DNA of 59,243 bases from Minisyncoccota bacterium (GCA_009694925.1 SIBX01000001.1:1-59243); one strand, 5' to 3'; shown: positions 16,056 to 24,830, counted from the first letter of the stretch. Notes: generated by a model from the sequence alone, not told the origin. Numbers and translations: made by a program.

Positions 16056-17510
16056 ATGGATGCACTTAGAGAAGAAAGAATCAAAAAACTAAATTCACTT
16101 CAGAATGCTGGAATAGACGCATATCCTCCAAGAATAAAAAGAGATTTTGAAATAAATTTAGTTATTTCTGATTTTGATAAATTTATTAAAGCTAAGAAAA
16201 AAATTTCACTAGTCGGGCGCCTAGTCGGCTTAAGAGTTCAGGGGGCATTATTTTTTGCTGACCTCAAGGACGAATCAGGTAAAATACAAATTTTAGGTAA
16301 AAAAGATAATTTAAAAAATTTTGATATTTTTAAAGACACTATAGATATTGGAGACTTTATCGAAGTGTCCGGTATTCCTTTTGTTACAAAAAGAGGAGAG
16401 AAAAGCCTAGAAGCAAAATCTATCAGAATAATAGTTAAAAGCTTGCGCCCAATCCCTTCTGATTGGTATGGGATTTCTGATATTGAGCTAAGATTAAGAA
16501 AAAGATATTTAGATATTTTAGCCAGTGCTGAAATAAAAGAATTATTTAAAAAGAAAAGTATTTTTTGGGCAACTTTCAGAGACGAACTCAAAAAAGAAGG
16601 ATTTTTAGAAGTTGAAACTCCTATTTTAGAAACTACTCCAGGAGGGGCAGATGCAGAACCGTTTAAAACTCATCATAATGCCCTAGACACAGATTTTTAT
16701 TTAAGAATTTCTTTAGAGATTTCTTTGAAAAAATTATTAGTTGCCGGATATGAAAAAGTCTTTGAGATCGGCAGGATTTTTAGAAACGAAGGCATAGACG
16801 CCGAACACTTACAAGACTATACCCAGATAGAATTCTATTGGGCCTATAAAGATTACAACGATTTAATGAAATTCATTGAACCGCTTTATAAGAAAATTAT
16901 AAAAAATACTTTCGGAAGTTTAAAAACTGAATGGCATGGGCAAAAAATAGATTGGGGCAAAAAATGGCCAAAAATTTCCTATTACGATCTTTTTAGAGAA
17001 AAGTTAGGCATCGATTTAGAAAAAGCTTCAACTGCCGACCTAGAGAAGAAAGTCAGAATTTTAAATCTAAAAATAGAGACAAATTCAAATCGCGGAAGAT
17101 TAATAGATGTTCTTTTCAAAACAATTCGCAAAGAAATTATCCAGCCAGTATTTTTAATCGACCAGCCAGCAGAACTTGAGCCATTAGCCAAGCGCAATCC
17201 AGCCTCTCCTCATAAAGTTGAAAGGATGCAGATTATTGCTTGCGGAACAGAGCTTGGTAAGGGATTTTCAGAGGCCAATGATCCGTTAGACCAGCGAGCC
17301 AGATTTGAAGAGCAGATGAAAATGAGGGAAGCCGGAGATAAAGAAGCTCAGATGTTGGACGAAGAGTTTTTAGAAGCTCTTGAATATGGAATGCCTCCAA
17401 CTGCCGGATTTGGTATTTCTGAACGCTTGTTTGCGGTTTTAGCCGACAAACCGATTCGAGAATGTGTATTTTTCCCCTTAATGAAAAGAGCTCCTAAAAA
17501 AGAAGACTAG
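16056..17510 (+). CDS. lysS: lysyl-tRNA synthetase, class II
   Basis: OB-fold N-terminus, FLEVETPIL (motif 1), RNEG, and the GFGISERL class II motif 3 region. Confidence 0.93.
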   Translation: MDALREERIKKLNSLQNAGIDAYPPRIKRDFEINLVISDFDKFIKAKKKISLVGRLVGLRVQGALFFADLKDESGKIQILGKKDNLKNFDIFKDTIDIGDFIEVSGIPFVTKRGEKSLEAKSIRIIVKSLRPIPSDWYGISDIELRLRKRYLDILASAEIKELFKKKSIFWATFRDELKKEGFLEVETPILETTPGGADAEPFKTHHNALDTDFYLRISLEISLKKLLVAGYEKVFEIGRIFRNEGIDAEHLQDYTQIEFYWAYKDYNDLMKFIEPLYKKIIKNTFGSLKTEWHGQKIDWGKKWPKISYYDLFREKLGIDLEKASTADLEKKVRILNLKIETNSNRGRLIDVLFKTIRKEIIQPVFLIDQPAELEPLAKRNPASPHKVERMQIIACGTELGKGFSEANDPLDQRARFEEQMKMREAGDKEAQMLDEEFLEALEYGMPPTAGFGISERLFAVLADKPIRECVFFPLMKRAPKKED

Positions 17511-17527
17511 CCCCAGTCTTCTTTTTT
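17503..17527 (+). terminator. lysS terminator overlapping its stop codon
   Basis: gaagact-agcccc-agtcttc followed by T6. Confidence 0.7.
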
Positions 17528-17531
17528 AATC

Positions 17532-17561
17532 TTGACAATATATTGATTTAGGGAATAAAAT
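17532..17561 (+). promoter_or_regulatory. near-consensus promoter of island E
   Basis: TTGACA, 18 nt spacer, TAAAAT. Confidence 0.6.
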
Positions 17562-17617
17562 TATGTTCTATGCGTCAAAAGGTGGCGCAAAGACAGACTT
17601 TGGTTTGGGAGATAGAA

Positions 17618-17872
17618 ATGTCTGGAAGGAAGAAGGCGGTTGGTCCAGTTGAGTCTGGGGAGACACAAGAAAAAGTCCGCAAGATCAGTTCGTGTAGGCT
17701 TTGTGAGGGAACCGGCAAGGTTCCTCTCCGTTGCGGTGGCAAGTCTGAATGTGCTTGCACTTCTTCGACTAACAAGTCGAAGCGCGCTGCACTCAATCCG
17801 AGACACCTTTCTCTGACTACTCGTGGGGCGAACTTTCACGCCCTGCAACGCGAACGTAGCCACCCGTCCTGA
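17618..17872 (+). CDS. GC-rich orphan micro-protein, 84 aa, CxxCxGxG Cys cluster
   Basis: GGGAGA lies 5 nt upstream of the ATG. ...KISSCRLCEGTGKVPLRCGGKSECACTSS. An alternative in-frame ATG at 17570 sits right at the predicted TSS (leaderless option). Confidence 0.5.
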   Translation: MSGRKKAVGPVESGETQEKVRKISSCRLCEGTGKVPLRCGGKSECACTSSTNKSKRAALNPRHLSLTTRGANFHALQRERSHPS

Positions 17873-17898
17873 TCTGATATCTGTCTTTCAAGAAGTTC

Positions 17899-17930
17899 CA
17901 GCCCGGCTTTCCGAAAAGGAAGCCGGGCTG
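17899..17930 (+). terminator. GC hairpin closing island E (no T-run)
   Basis: cagcccggctt-(10 nt)-aagccgggctg, an 11-bp stem followed by tataattg. Confidence 0.55.
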
Positions 17931-17998
17931 TATAATTGATAAGTACCTCTTGTCATCCCCGAGACATCGGGGATCCAGTCAAAAAATCAATTCAAAAA

Positions 17999-18382
17999 AT
18001 GAAAAAAGTTATGGTGTTTGGCGATTTTGACGGCCTTCACGAAGGCCACAGATTTTTTCTCCAGAGTGCGAAGAAATATGGAAATTATTTAATAGTCGCC
18101 GTTTCTCAAGATCATATTATTAAGCATTTAAAAGGCGAATATCCTATTAAAAATTTTGCCGAACGCTTTGAGCACTTAGAAACCTACGATGAGGTAAATC
18201 AAGTTGTCATAGGCGATCCAGAAAACTCCCCGATTAATTTGATAAAAAAATATAATCCCGATATAGTTGTCTTATCTAAAAATCAGGATTTTTTAAAAAA
18301 AGAAATTGAACACAATTACGAAAATTTTTCCAAAAAGATTGAATTAAAAACCGTAGATACCGGCGAAATAAAAATTTATTAA
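17999..18382 (+). CDS. cytidylyltransferase-like (HxGH) nucleotidyltransferase, about 127 aa
   Basis: VMVFGDFDGLHEGHRFFL matches the GxFDxxHxGH signature of the TagD/RibL-like family. ATG 17999 preferred. Confidence 0.7.
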   Translation: MKKVMVFGDFDGLHEGHRFFLQSAKKYGNYLIVAVSQDHIIKHLKGEYPIKNFAERFEHLETYDEVNQVVIGDPENSPINLIKKYNPDIVVLSKNQDFLKKEIEHNYENFSKKIELKTVDTGEIKIY

Positions 18383-18387
18383 TCATT

Positions 18388-19683
18388 ATGCTAGATATCA
18401 AATTTATAAAAGAAAACGCTGATTTAGTCCAAAAAGTCAGCGAAGAAAAAGGCTATAAGGTAGACGTCTCTGAAACTTTAAAGCTTTATGGTGAACAGAA
18501 TTCAATTTTGCAAAAAATAGAAAGCCTAAGAAAAGAAAGAAATGAGCTTTCCGCATTATCAAAAAATTCTAAGCCCACAGAAGAGCATATTAAGCGCGGC
18601 AAAGAAATTAAATTAGAAATTACACACCTAGAAGAATCTTTTAAAAAAGCAGAAGACGATTTTTTAGTTTCAGTTAAAAAAATTCCCAATATTTATTCCG
18701 AAGATGTTCCAAAGGGAAAATCTGAAAATGAAAATGTTGTAGTTAAAACAGTTGGCGAAATCCCAAAATTTAAATTTACCCCTAAGAATCATTGGCAATT
18801 GGGCGAAGCTAAGCATTGGATTGATAAGGAAAGGGCCACTAAAGTTGCCGGCGCGCGCTTTGCTTATCTAATGGGTGATTTTGTGAGATTAGAATGGGCC
18901 CTAATGCGTTTTGCTATGGATATTTTAACCGATGAAAAAATATTAAAGAAAATAATCAAAGCTAATAATTTAAAAGTTTCTTCGAAAGTCTTTATTCCAG
19001 TTCTTCCTCCATATATGATCAAAACCGAACAGTATGATGCTATGGATAGGCTTGAACCAAGAGAAGAAAGATATAAAATCGAAGGTGAAGATCTTTGGCT
19101 CCAAGGATCTGCTGAGCACGTTTTGGGCAGTATGCATTCTGAGGAAATTTTTAACGAAGCAGATCTTCCTTTAAGATATGTTGGTTTTGCCACCTCTTTT
19201 AGAAAAGAGGCTGGAAGTTATGGAAAAGATATGGAGGGCATCATCCGTCTCCACCAGTTTAATAAAATGGAGTTAGAAAGTTTTTCCGTAAAAGAAAACG
19301 GTATGCAGGAACATTTATTCTTTGTGGCTATTCAGGAATATTTAATGAAAGCGTTAGAGCTTCCTTATAGAGTGGTTATGAAGTGCACCGCCGATATCGG
19401 CAAACCTAACGCCAGAGGTATTGATATAGATGTCTGGCTTCCAGGACAAAATAAATATCGCGAGACTCACACGGCTGACTATATGACCGATTATCAGGCC
19501 CGCCGTTTAAAGACACGCGTCAGGAGAGCCGATAATTCAGTTGAATTAATCCATACCAACGACGCCACCGCGCTTTCCGAAAGGCCCCTTATAGCCATCT
19601 TAGAAAATAATCAAAGAGAAGACGGAACAATAGAAATTCCAAAAGTTTTGCGACCGTACATGCTTAAGAAAAAATTTATTTAA
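18388..19683 (+). CDS. serS: seryl-tRNA synthetase
   Basis: N-terminal coiled-coil arm MLDIKFIKEN...; FRKEAGSYGKD and RLHQFNK class II motifs. Confidence 0.93.
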   Translation: MLDIKFIKENADLVQKVSEEKGYKVDVSETLKLYGEQNSILQKIESLRKERNELSALSKNSKPTEEHIKRGKEIKLEITHLEESFKKAEDDFLVSVKKIPNIYSEDVPKGKSENENVVVKTVGEIPKFKFTPKNHWQLGEAKHWIDKERATKVAGARFAYLMGDFVRLEWALMRFAMDILTDEKILKKIIKANNLKVSSKVFIPVLPPYMIKTEQYDAMDRLEPREERYKIEGEDLWLQGSAEHVLGSMHSEEIFNEADLPLRYVGFATSFRKEAGSYGKDMEGIIRLHQFNKMELESFSVKENGMQEHLFFVAIQEYLMKALELPYRVVMKCTADIGKPNARGIDIDVWLPGQNKYRETHTADYMTDYQARRLKTRVRRADNSVELIHTNDATALSERPLIAILENNQREDGTIEIPKVLRPYMLKKKFI

Positions 19684-19687
19684 ATTT

Positions 19688-19725
19688 AAAGCGTCCAGCT
19701 GGGCTCTCCCATCTGGACGCTTTTT
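19688..19725. terminator. bidirectional terminator between serS and the island F ORF
   Basis: aaa-gcgtccag-(14 nt)-ctggacgc-ttttt. Confidence 0.8.
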
Positions 19726-19734
19726 GTATCAACA

Positions 19735-19923
19735 TCACGAACCTCCAGCCTTCTTTTTAGGAGAACCATCTCGGAAGATAAAGAACCAAAAAAGAAATAC
19801 AACGACGGGCAACAACACAGCGCAAGTAGATAGAATGTGTTCGCTATCAAAGCGGTGAAGAACGTCAGTCGCAAAGCCCATCCAGCTGCCCGGAATTGGA
19901 CACTTACTCTCCTCCTGTGGCAT
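19735..19923 (-). CDS. GC-rich orphan small membrane protein, 62 aa (C-terminal TM helix plus basic tail)
   Basis: AAGGTGGA lies 3-4 nt upstream of the ATG. MPQEESKCPIPGSWMGFATDVLHRF...CAVLLPVVVFLFWFFIFRDGSPKKKAGGS. Confidence 0.5.
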   Translation of the reverse strand: MPQEESKCPIPGSWMGFATDVLHRFDSEHILSTCAVLLPVVVFLFWFFIFRDGSPKKKAGGS

Positions 19924-20011
19924 TTTCCACCTTTTCCTTTTCTATTTGCCAATCGGTCTGTGTGCTGTTTTTCAGTCTACGACAATATTTCAAATTATTA
20001 AAGTCTTAGAT

Positions 20012-20266
20012 AAAAAAAGAACCCGGGGCCACACTGGTTGTGTGACTACCCGGGCGCAGAACAGCCCCATTCCCTAACTTTACAAGAGATTGCGATCTTA
20101 CCTAGGATCATCATCGCAGGCGTGGATTGTCGAAAAGACCAATCTGAGCGCACTTAGGGAGACTCCGAACATAACCAGACTGAAGTTCGATCTAGTTGCA
20201 GCGTCTTGTTGCCGGCAAGGAGTCTTTTCCCCTTATATCTAGCAAAGACCAGAGGGAACTTTCTGC
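20012..20266 (-). ncRNA. ORF-less GC-rich structured RNA, about 250 nt (independent sRNA or terminator-ending leader of the 62-aa ORF)
   Basis: Its promoter is at 20273-20300. Helices 20160-20166/20219-20225 and 20091-20096/20113-20118. Minus-strand terminator cccggg..cacac-aacca-gtgtg..cccggg followed by T7 (20012-20056). No ORF of 60 aa or more. Confidence 0.5.
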
Positions 20267-20272
20267 CCGTTT

Positions 20273-20300
20273 ATAATATCACAACTTTTAAAAGTTACAA
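20273..20300 (-). promoter_or_regulatory. predicted promoter of the island F RNA
   Basis: Minus strand: TTGTAA, 16 nt spacer, TATTAT. The -35 lies in a near-palindrome shared with the divergent ddl promoter. Confidence 0.5.
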
Positions 20301-20324
20301 ACTATGTCATTTTATGGTTAATAT
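20295..20324 (+). promoter_or_regulatory. predicted ddl promoter, leaderless geometry
   Basis: TTACAA, 18 nt spacer, TAATAT, then only 5 nt to ATG 20330. No SD. Confidence 0.45.
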
Positions 20325-20329
20325 ATTCA

Positions 20330-21385
20330 ATGAATAAAAAACTAAAAGTCTCCTTACTTTTCGGAGGAAAATCAGTTGAACACGAAGTTTCCATACTTTC
20401 CGCTAAAAATGTTTTTGAAGCAATTAATAAGGATAAGTATGATGTTTCCTTAATCGGTATTGATAAATCAGGTTATTGGCGATTCTTTACTGACGCAAAA
20501 ATTCTAGAGCAAAAAAGTATCAAGTCAATTGCCAAAAACCACAATGGATTCTTAAATCCAGACTGCGGAAAAGTACTAGTAAATTCAGACGTTGTTTTTC
20601 CCGTTCTTCACGGGACTTATGGCGAAGACGGCTCGGTACAGGGATTTTTAAAATTAATAAATAAGCCGTTTGTTGGTGCCGGTGTTTTGGGTTCGGCGCT
20701 CGGGATGGATAAGGAAGTTCAAAAACGGCTCTTAATCCAAGCGGAGATTACAACCGCTAAATTTTTAACTTATCAATCGTCAGAACTATCAACCATTAAC
20801 TATCACGCCATCACTACCAATCTGGACTTACCTTTTTTCATTAAGCCGGCTAATTCCGGATCGTCAGTAGGTGCATCTAAAGTTAAAAATGAGCCTGAAT
20901 TTATGCCAGCTATTTATGAGGCATTTAAATATGATAATAAAATTTTAATTGAAGAATTTATAGACGGCAGGGAAATAGAATGTTCGGTTTTGGGCAATAG
21001 CGAGCCAATCGCATCAATTCCCGGCGAGGTTGTGTCTAATCATGAATTTTATTCTTATGAAGCAAAATACTTAGACGAAAACGGAGCCGTTTTAAAAATT
21101 CCAGCCAAATTAAATAAGATAACAGCTAAAAAAATTCAAGAATTAGCAATTAAAACTTTTAAAGTATTAGAATGTTCAAGTATGGGACGCGTTGATTTCT
21201 TTTTAAAAAGAGATGGTCAGATTTTTATAAACGAGATTAATACTATTCCAGGATTTACCTCAATCAGTATGTATCCCAAACTTTGGGAAGCAACTGGCAT
21301 TAGTTATTCAGAATTAATAGATAGGCTGATTGAATTGGCTATAGAAAAATTTGAAAAGGATAGTAAGATAAAAACTTCTTATTAA
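20330..21385 (+). CDS. ddl: D-alanine--D-alanine ligase
   Basis: LFGGKSVEHEVS, HGTYGEDGSVQG, and ATP-grasp NEINTIPGFT motifs. Confidence 0.92.
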   Translation: MNKKLKVSLLFGGKSVEHEVSILSAKNVFEAINKDKYDVSLIGIDKSGYWRFFTDAKILEQKSIKSIAKNHNGFLNPDCGKVLVNSDVVFPVLHGTYGEDGSVQGFLKLINKPFVGAGVLGSALGMDKEVQKRLLIQAEITTAKFLTYQSSELSTINYHAITTNLDLPFFIKPANSGSSVGASKVKNEPEFMPAIYEAFKYDNKILIEEFIDGREIECSVLGNSEPIASIPGEVVSNHEFYSYEAKYLDENGAVLKIPAKLNKITAKKIQELAIKTFKVLECSSMGRVDFFLKRDGQIFINEINTIPGFTSISMYPKLWEATGISYSELIDRLIELAIEKFEKDSKIKTSY

Positions 21386-21391
21386 AGAAAA

Positions 21392-21441
21392 AGAGTCGCT
21401 AGAGGTCTTCGTGCAGAACTTGCACGAGACATAGCGACTCT
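21392..21441. terminator. long bidirectional hairpin between ddl and island G
   Basis: agagtcgcta-...tcgtgca-gaac-tgcacga...-tagcgactct, with T-rich flanks on both strands. Confidence 0.7.
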
Positions 21442-21490
21442 GTTGAAGGATTTATTTTTTCGTGAGTTCCTTCATTCTCACGGCGAGGTT

Positions 21491-22009
21491 CTAGCTCGCG
21501 CGCTTCTCCGATCGGGTCGAGGGGATTTTCCCGACTCGACGCAGTTCCTTGATGGCGCTCTTGCGAACCATGAGCGGCGCCCTGGATCGATCCAGTCGAT
21601 CGAGCTCCGCTATGGTCCGGCAAACCGAACCCAAGAGCAGTTTTTCGACTCCCTGGAGGCGAAGCTTCTCGGCTTCTGCATCTGCGAGCTTCACCCTTGT
21701 CTCCGCCAATATTGCCCTGTCATCCTCCAGTCGCCGGATGATTCCGACAATGTGCACGATCTGCTCTTCGGTCGGCGGACCCTGGAGAAGACCGAGAGTC
21801 GTCTGGACCTCGCCAGCCAAGCTCTCGTCGGTCTGCTCGAACTCCGGATCTTTGAAAACCGGAATTCTTGTGACCGTAACCTGTTCCGGGGTCAAAGAGA
21901 TTTGAACATTTCTCACGGTTCTCTCCCATTGTTCCGGCTTCATCCCAAATAGGGAATCAGCTTGGTTGTTCTGTTTTTGGTGCCGAGATAACTCCCAGCT
22001 ACCTTCCAT
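21491..22009 (-). CDS. GC-rich orphan protein (172 aa as listed; true start uncertain)
   Basis: A long ORF spans the whole island with a helical/coiled-coil-like C-terminal half (RLEDDRAILAETRVKLADAEAEKLRLQGVEKLL). The listed ATG 22009 is only 1 nt from the -10 box, so Met23 (21943) may be the real start. Confidence 0.55.
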   Translation of the reverse strand: MEGSWELSRHQKQNNQADSLFGMKPEQWERTVRNVQISLTPEQVTVTRIPVFKDPEFEQTDESLAGEVQTTLGLLQGPPTEEQIVHIVGIIRRLEDDRAILAETRVKLADAEAEKLRLQGVEKLLLGSVCRTIAELDRLDRSRAPLMVRKSAIKELRRVGKIPSTRSEKRAS

Positions 22010-22010
22010 A

Positions 22011-22040
22011 ATTATAGCACACTAATACTATAAAAGTCAA
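22011..22040 (-). promoter_or_regulatory. near-consensus promoter of island G
   Basis: Minus strand: TTGACT (22040-22035), 18 nt spacer, TATAAT (22016-22011). Confidence 0.6.
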
Positions 22041-22100
22041 TAGGCAAGAAAGCCCATATAAATTAGCCAAAATAGACCATTTAAGTTATTATGAAATCCA

Positions 22101-23228
22101 ATGAAAGAGGAAAAAATCTACAAAACCTGGATCGAGCTAAGTAGTAATAATTTAAAAAATAATATAGGTGTTTTTAAAAATTTATTAGATAAAAAAACTA
22201 AGCTTTTTGCCGTGGTTAAATCAAACGCTTACGGCCATGGCTTAGAAGATTTTTCTAGAATGGCGGATAAGTTTAGGGTTGATGGTTTTTGTGTCGATTC
22301 AATTATTGAAGGAATTAAATTGAGAAGTATCAGTATAAAAAAACCAATTTTAGTTATCGGTCCATCAATCCCTGGAAATTCTTTATTAGATGCCAAGAAG
22401 AACGATATAACAATTTCTATTTCCAACTTAGAAGCCTTAAAGATTTACTCCGCCTCAAAAGCCAAGCCAGACTTTCATCTTAAAATAGATACGGGCATGC
22501 ATCGCCAAGGATTGCAGATTTTTGAAATGAGCGAAGCCATTAGTATTATTAAAAAGAAAAAACTTCCTATCAATGGAGCTTACACTCACTTTGCCTCCGC
22601 CAAAGATCCAAAAAATACCGAATTCACTAATAAGCAGTTTAATGAATTTAATGAAGCTATAAAACTTTTAGAAACTGCTGGCTTAAGAGATTTGGCCAAA
22701 CATTGCTCTGCAACCGGCGGAACTTTATTGGATAAAAAATATCATTTAGATATGGTTCGCGTGGGTATTGGTCTTTATGGAATGTATCCGAGCGAAGAGC
22801 TTAAAAAAGAATTTCAGGATAAATATAAATTACTTCCAGTTTTGTCTTGGAAAGCCTTAGTTAGCGAAGTAAAAGAAGTTAAATCTGGCGAAGGCATTAG
22901 TTATGATTTAGTAGAAAAATTAATTAAAGATTCAAAAATTGCCATTATTCCAATAGGTTATTGGCATGGCTATCCAAGAAGTTTAACTAGTGTCGGAAAG
23001 GTTTTAATTAATAGCAAAGAATGCAAAGTTCTAGGGCGAGTTTGTATGGATATGATCATCGTTGATGTTTCTAATTTAGAAAATCTGAAATTAGGAAATG
23101 AAGCCGTTTTAATAGGCAAATCAGAAAATTCAGAAATAACCTTAGAAGAAATTTCACAATTATCAATAAATTCTACTTATGAATTTATTACCAGAATAAA
23201 TCCATTAATAAAAAAGATTATAATTTAA
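22101..23228 (+). CDS. alr: alanine racemase
   Basis: AVVKSNAYGHG PLP-lysine motif. Size 375 aa. Adjacent to ddl. Confidence 0.9.
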   Translation: MKEEKIYKTWIELSSNNLKNNIGVFKNLLDKKTKLFAVVKSNAYGHGLEDFSRMADKFRVDGFCVDSIIEGIKLRSISIKKPILVIGPSIPGNSLLDAKKNDITISISNLEALKIYSASKAKPDFHLKIDTGMHRQGLQIFEMSEAISIIKKKKLPINGAYTHFASAKDPKNTEFTNKQFNEFNEAIKLLETAGLRDLAKHCSATGGTLLDKKYHLDMVRVGIGLYGMYPSEELKKEFQDKYKLLPVLSWKALVSEVKEVKSGEGISYDLVEKLIKDSKIAIIPIGYWHGYPRSLTSVGKVLINSKECKVLGRVCMDMIIVDVSNLENLKLGNEAVLIGKSENSEITLEEISQLSINSTYEFITRINPLIKKIII

Positions 23229-23230
23229 AA

Positions 23231-24022
23231 ATGGAAATTCATCAGAATAATCTTAAAAAAAAGAGAAGGAGACTAAAATTTGAGCTATATTTTATTTTAG
23301 TTATTTTTTTATGCGAACCAATTTTAGCCCTTAAAACAATTAAGGATAGTTCAATTTTTCAGATTAAAAATCTAGAAATATCTGGGATAGATAGCTCAGA
23401 AAAATCAATCTTTATTGAAAATTTAAAAAAACATACCACTAGGCCAAAAGTTTTAGCCCTATTAGGGGAAAATAATATTCTTTCTTGGGAAAGTAACGTT
23501 AATTCTTTAAAATTTCTTGAATTTAATAATATTAATTTAAAAAAGGATTTTCTAAATATGTCTATTAACGTTACGGCAGAAAAATCAAAAAAAATTAGTT
23601 CTTGGTGTTTTTTAGGAGATGTTTCTAATAAGAATTGTTTTTGGGTTTCTTATGATGACGGAATGTTATTAGGTGAAGCTCCTCAGACATTCGGCGGTCT
23701 TTATATTGGAGTTATTGAAAACTCTAGTCGCATTGGATCTTTGGGTATAAAAGTTTTAGAAGATAATCAGTTTTTAAATTTTAAGAAAATATTCCAAGAG
23801 TTAAATTTAGCAGGGATAATCGCAGAAAAAGTAGAATATAAAAAAATAGGTGACGCATTAAATATTCAAGATAAAAACGGCACAAAGCTTTTATTTAACC
23901 TAAGTTTTGATCCAACTCTTAACTTAGAGGCATTAAAAAAGATTCTACAAAAATCTTCAAGTAATACAATAGAATATATAGATCTTTCCGTTGAGGGTAA
24001 AATCTATGTTAAACCAAGATAG
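23231..24022 (+). CDS. FtsQ/DivIB-like membrane protein (tentative)
   Basis: Basic N-terminus plus TM segment, then a POTRA-like FQIKNLEISG stretch. Position after ddl/alr fits a dcw-type context. Confidence 0.45.
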   Translation: MEIHQNNLKKKRRRLKFELYFILVIFLCEPILALKTIKDSSIFQIKNLEISGIDSSEKSIFIENLKKHTTRPKVLALLGENNILSWESNVNSLKFLEFNNINLKKDFLNMSINVTAEKSKKISSWCFLGDVSNKNCFWVSYDDGMLLGEAPQTFGGLYIGVIENSSRIGSLGIKVLEDNQFLNFKKIFQELNLAGIIAEKVEYKKIGDALNIQDKNGTKLLFNLSFDPTLNLEALKKILQKSSSNTIEYIDLSVEGKIYVKPR

Positions 24023-24024
24023 GG

Positions 24025-24112
24025 TATAGCCACTAGCCAATGGGGTGTAGTAAAATCATATTTTATAATACAGTATTTAACTAGTCGCTATTGGTAAACC
24101 CTAGTCACTAAT
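24025..24112. repeat. two short CTA-phased heptamer arrays
   Basis: tatagcc actagcc aatgggg (reverse orientation) and ctagtcg ctattgg taaaccc tagtcac taatc. Confidence 0.45.
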
Positions 24113-24115
24113 CAA

Positions 24116-24502
24116 ATGTTTGTAAGATTTCCCAAAGACACAGCCAGCATCTCTTGGACTAACCATATTAAGAATAAAATGGCTTTTTATGGTCTTTCGG
24201 AATCAAAAATAAAATCTATTCTTAGTTATCCAAAACGCAAAGAAGAGGGAATTGCCCCAGACACATTTGCCTCAATGAAACGCAACGACAAGAAAAATAG
24301 GAAAGAGGAGATATGGGTAATGTATATTGATAAAAAAAATAAAATGAAAGTTTCAACGCTAAAAAAAAGATCAAAAATTTTAATGATCAGCGCCTGGCGT
24401 TACCCAGGAGTTTCAAAAGTTGGGGCACAAATTCCAATTCCCGAAGATATGCTTTCAGAGCTCGGTGGATTCTTTAAGCTTCCAGAAGAATCTTTATTAT
24501 AA
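24116..24502 (+). CDS. hypothetical protein (128 aa, basic)
   Basis: AT-rich host-like ORF. No motif recognised. Confidence 0.5.
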   Translation: MFVRFPKDTASISWTNHIKNKMAFYGLSESKIKSILSYPKRKEEGIAPDTFASMKRNDKKNRKEEIWVMYIDKKNKMKVSTLKKRSKILMISAWRYPGVSKVGAQIPIPEDMLSELGGFFKLPEESLL

Positions 24503-24504
24503 TA

Positions 24505-24533
24505 TTGACTTAAAATATTTATATTGTTAAGGT
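24505..24533 (+). promoter_or_regulatory. predicted promoter of the island H RNA (extended -10)
   Basis: TTGACT, 17 nt spacer ending in TGt, then TAAGGT. Confidence 0.55.
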
Positions 24534-24539
24534 TTTAGA

Positions 24540-24830
24540 GAAGTAAGTCGAGAAGTCGCAAGTCAGCTTTTGGACGCTAAGCTTTCCTTCTTTGCCAGCA
24601 TCCAAAAGTCCGCAAATGGGCTCTTCTTCGCACAAGAGTTGAATTTCTCGTTTCATTCGGTCTCTCAATCCTCGGGCGACCACTGGCTAACCGACTAGAC
24701 CCGGTAAGCCGATACGGTGAGCAATCTCTGGGACAATGTAAGAGTTAATGAACCAGGGAGCGAGAAAAATTGTGCTTCTAGGCTTATCGGCTTCGGGTTG
24801 AGGCAACTCCTCCGCCCGAAGCCTCTTTAA
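24540..24830 (+). ncRNA. ORF-less GC-rich structured RNA, about 290 nt (sRNA or leader upstream of ychF)
   Basis: Helix 24567-24574/24601-24608. Terminator ggcttcggg-(17 nt)-cccgaagcc followed by tcttt (24789-24830). 24706-24714 can pair with 24785-24793, which overlaps the terminator 5' arm. Confidence 0.5.

Noticed and set aside
19735-19923. Calling the small hydrophobic ORFs (island F, island B1) type I toxin-antitoxin toxins.
   Set aside because: No overlapping antisense RNA promoter or complementary sRNA could be identified. The idea is kept only as a hypothesis within the findings.
19686-19952. 88-aa alternative-frame ORF overlapping the 62-aa island F ORF.
   Set aside because: TTG start with no SD. 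The 62-aa frame has AAGGTGGA upstream of an ATG and a clean TM-helix-containing product.
21443-21952. Long plus-strand ORFs (21443..21952, 21549..21905) and the minus-strand 21720..21929 inside island G. Similar stacks occur in island J (33473..33868, 33859..34206, 33887..34258, 33945..34241), island D (11978..12289, 12035..12256, 12293..12484, 12315..12605, 12443..12715) and islands B/C (8558..8872, 8680..9087, 8826..9023, 8933..9175, 9202..9492, 9243..9518, 9358..9558).
   Set aside because: GC-rich DNA is depleted in stop codons, so overlapping ORFs arise on all frames. These lack an SD and a sensible start, and they overlap the better-supported ORF that is framed by a promoter, SD and terminator.
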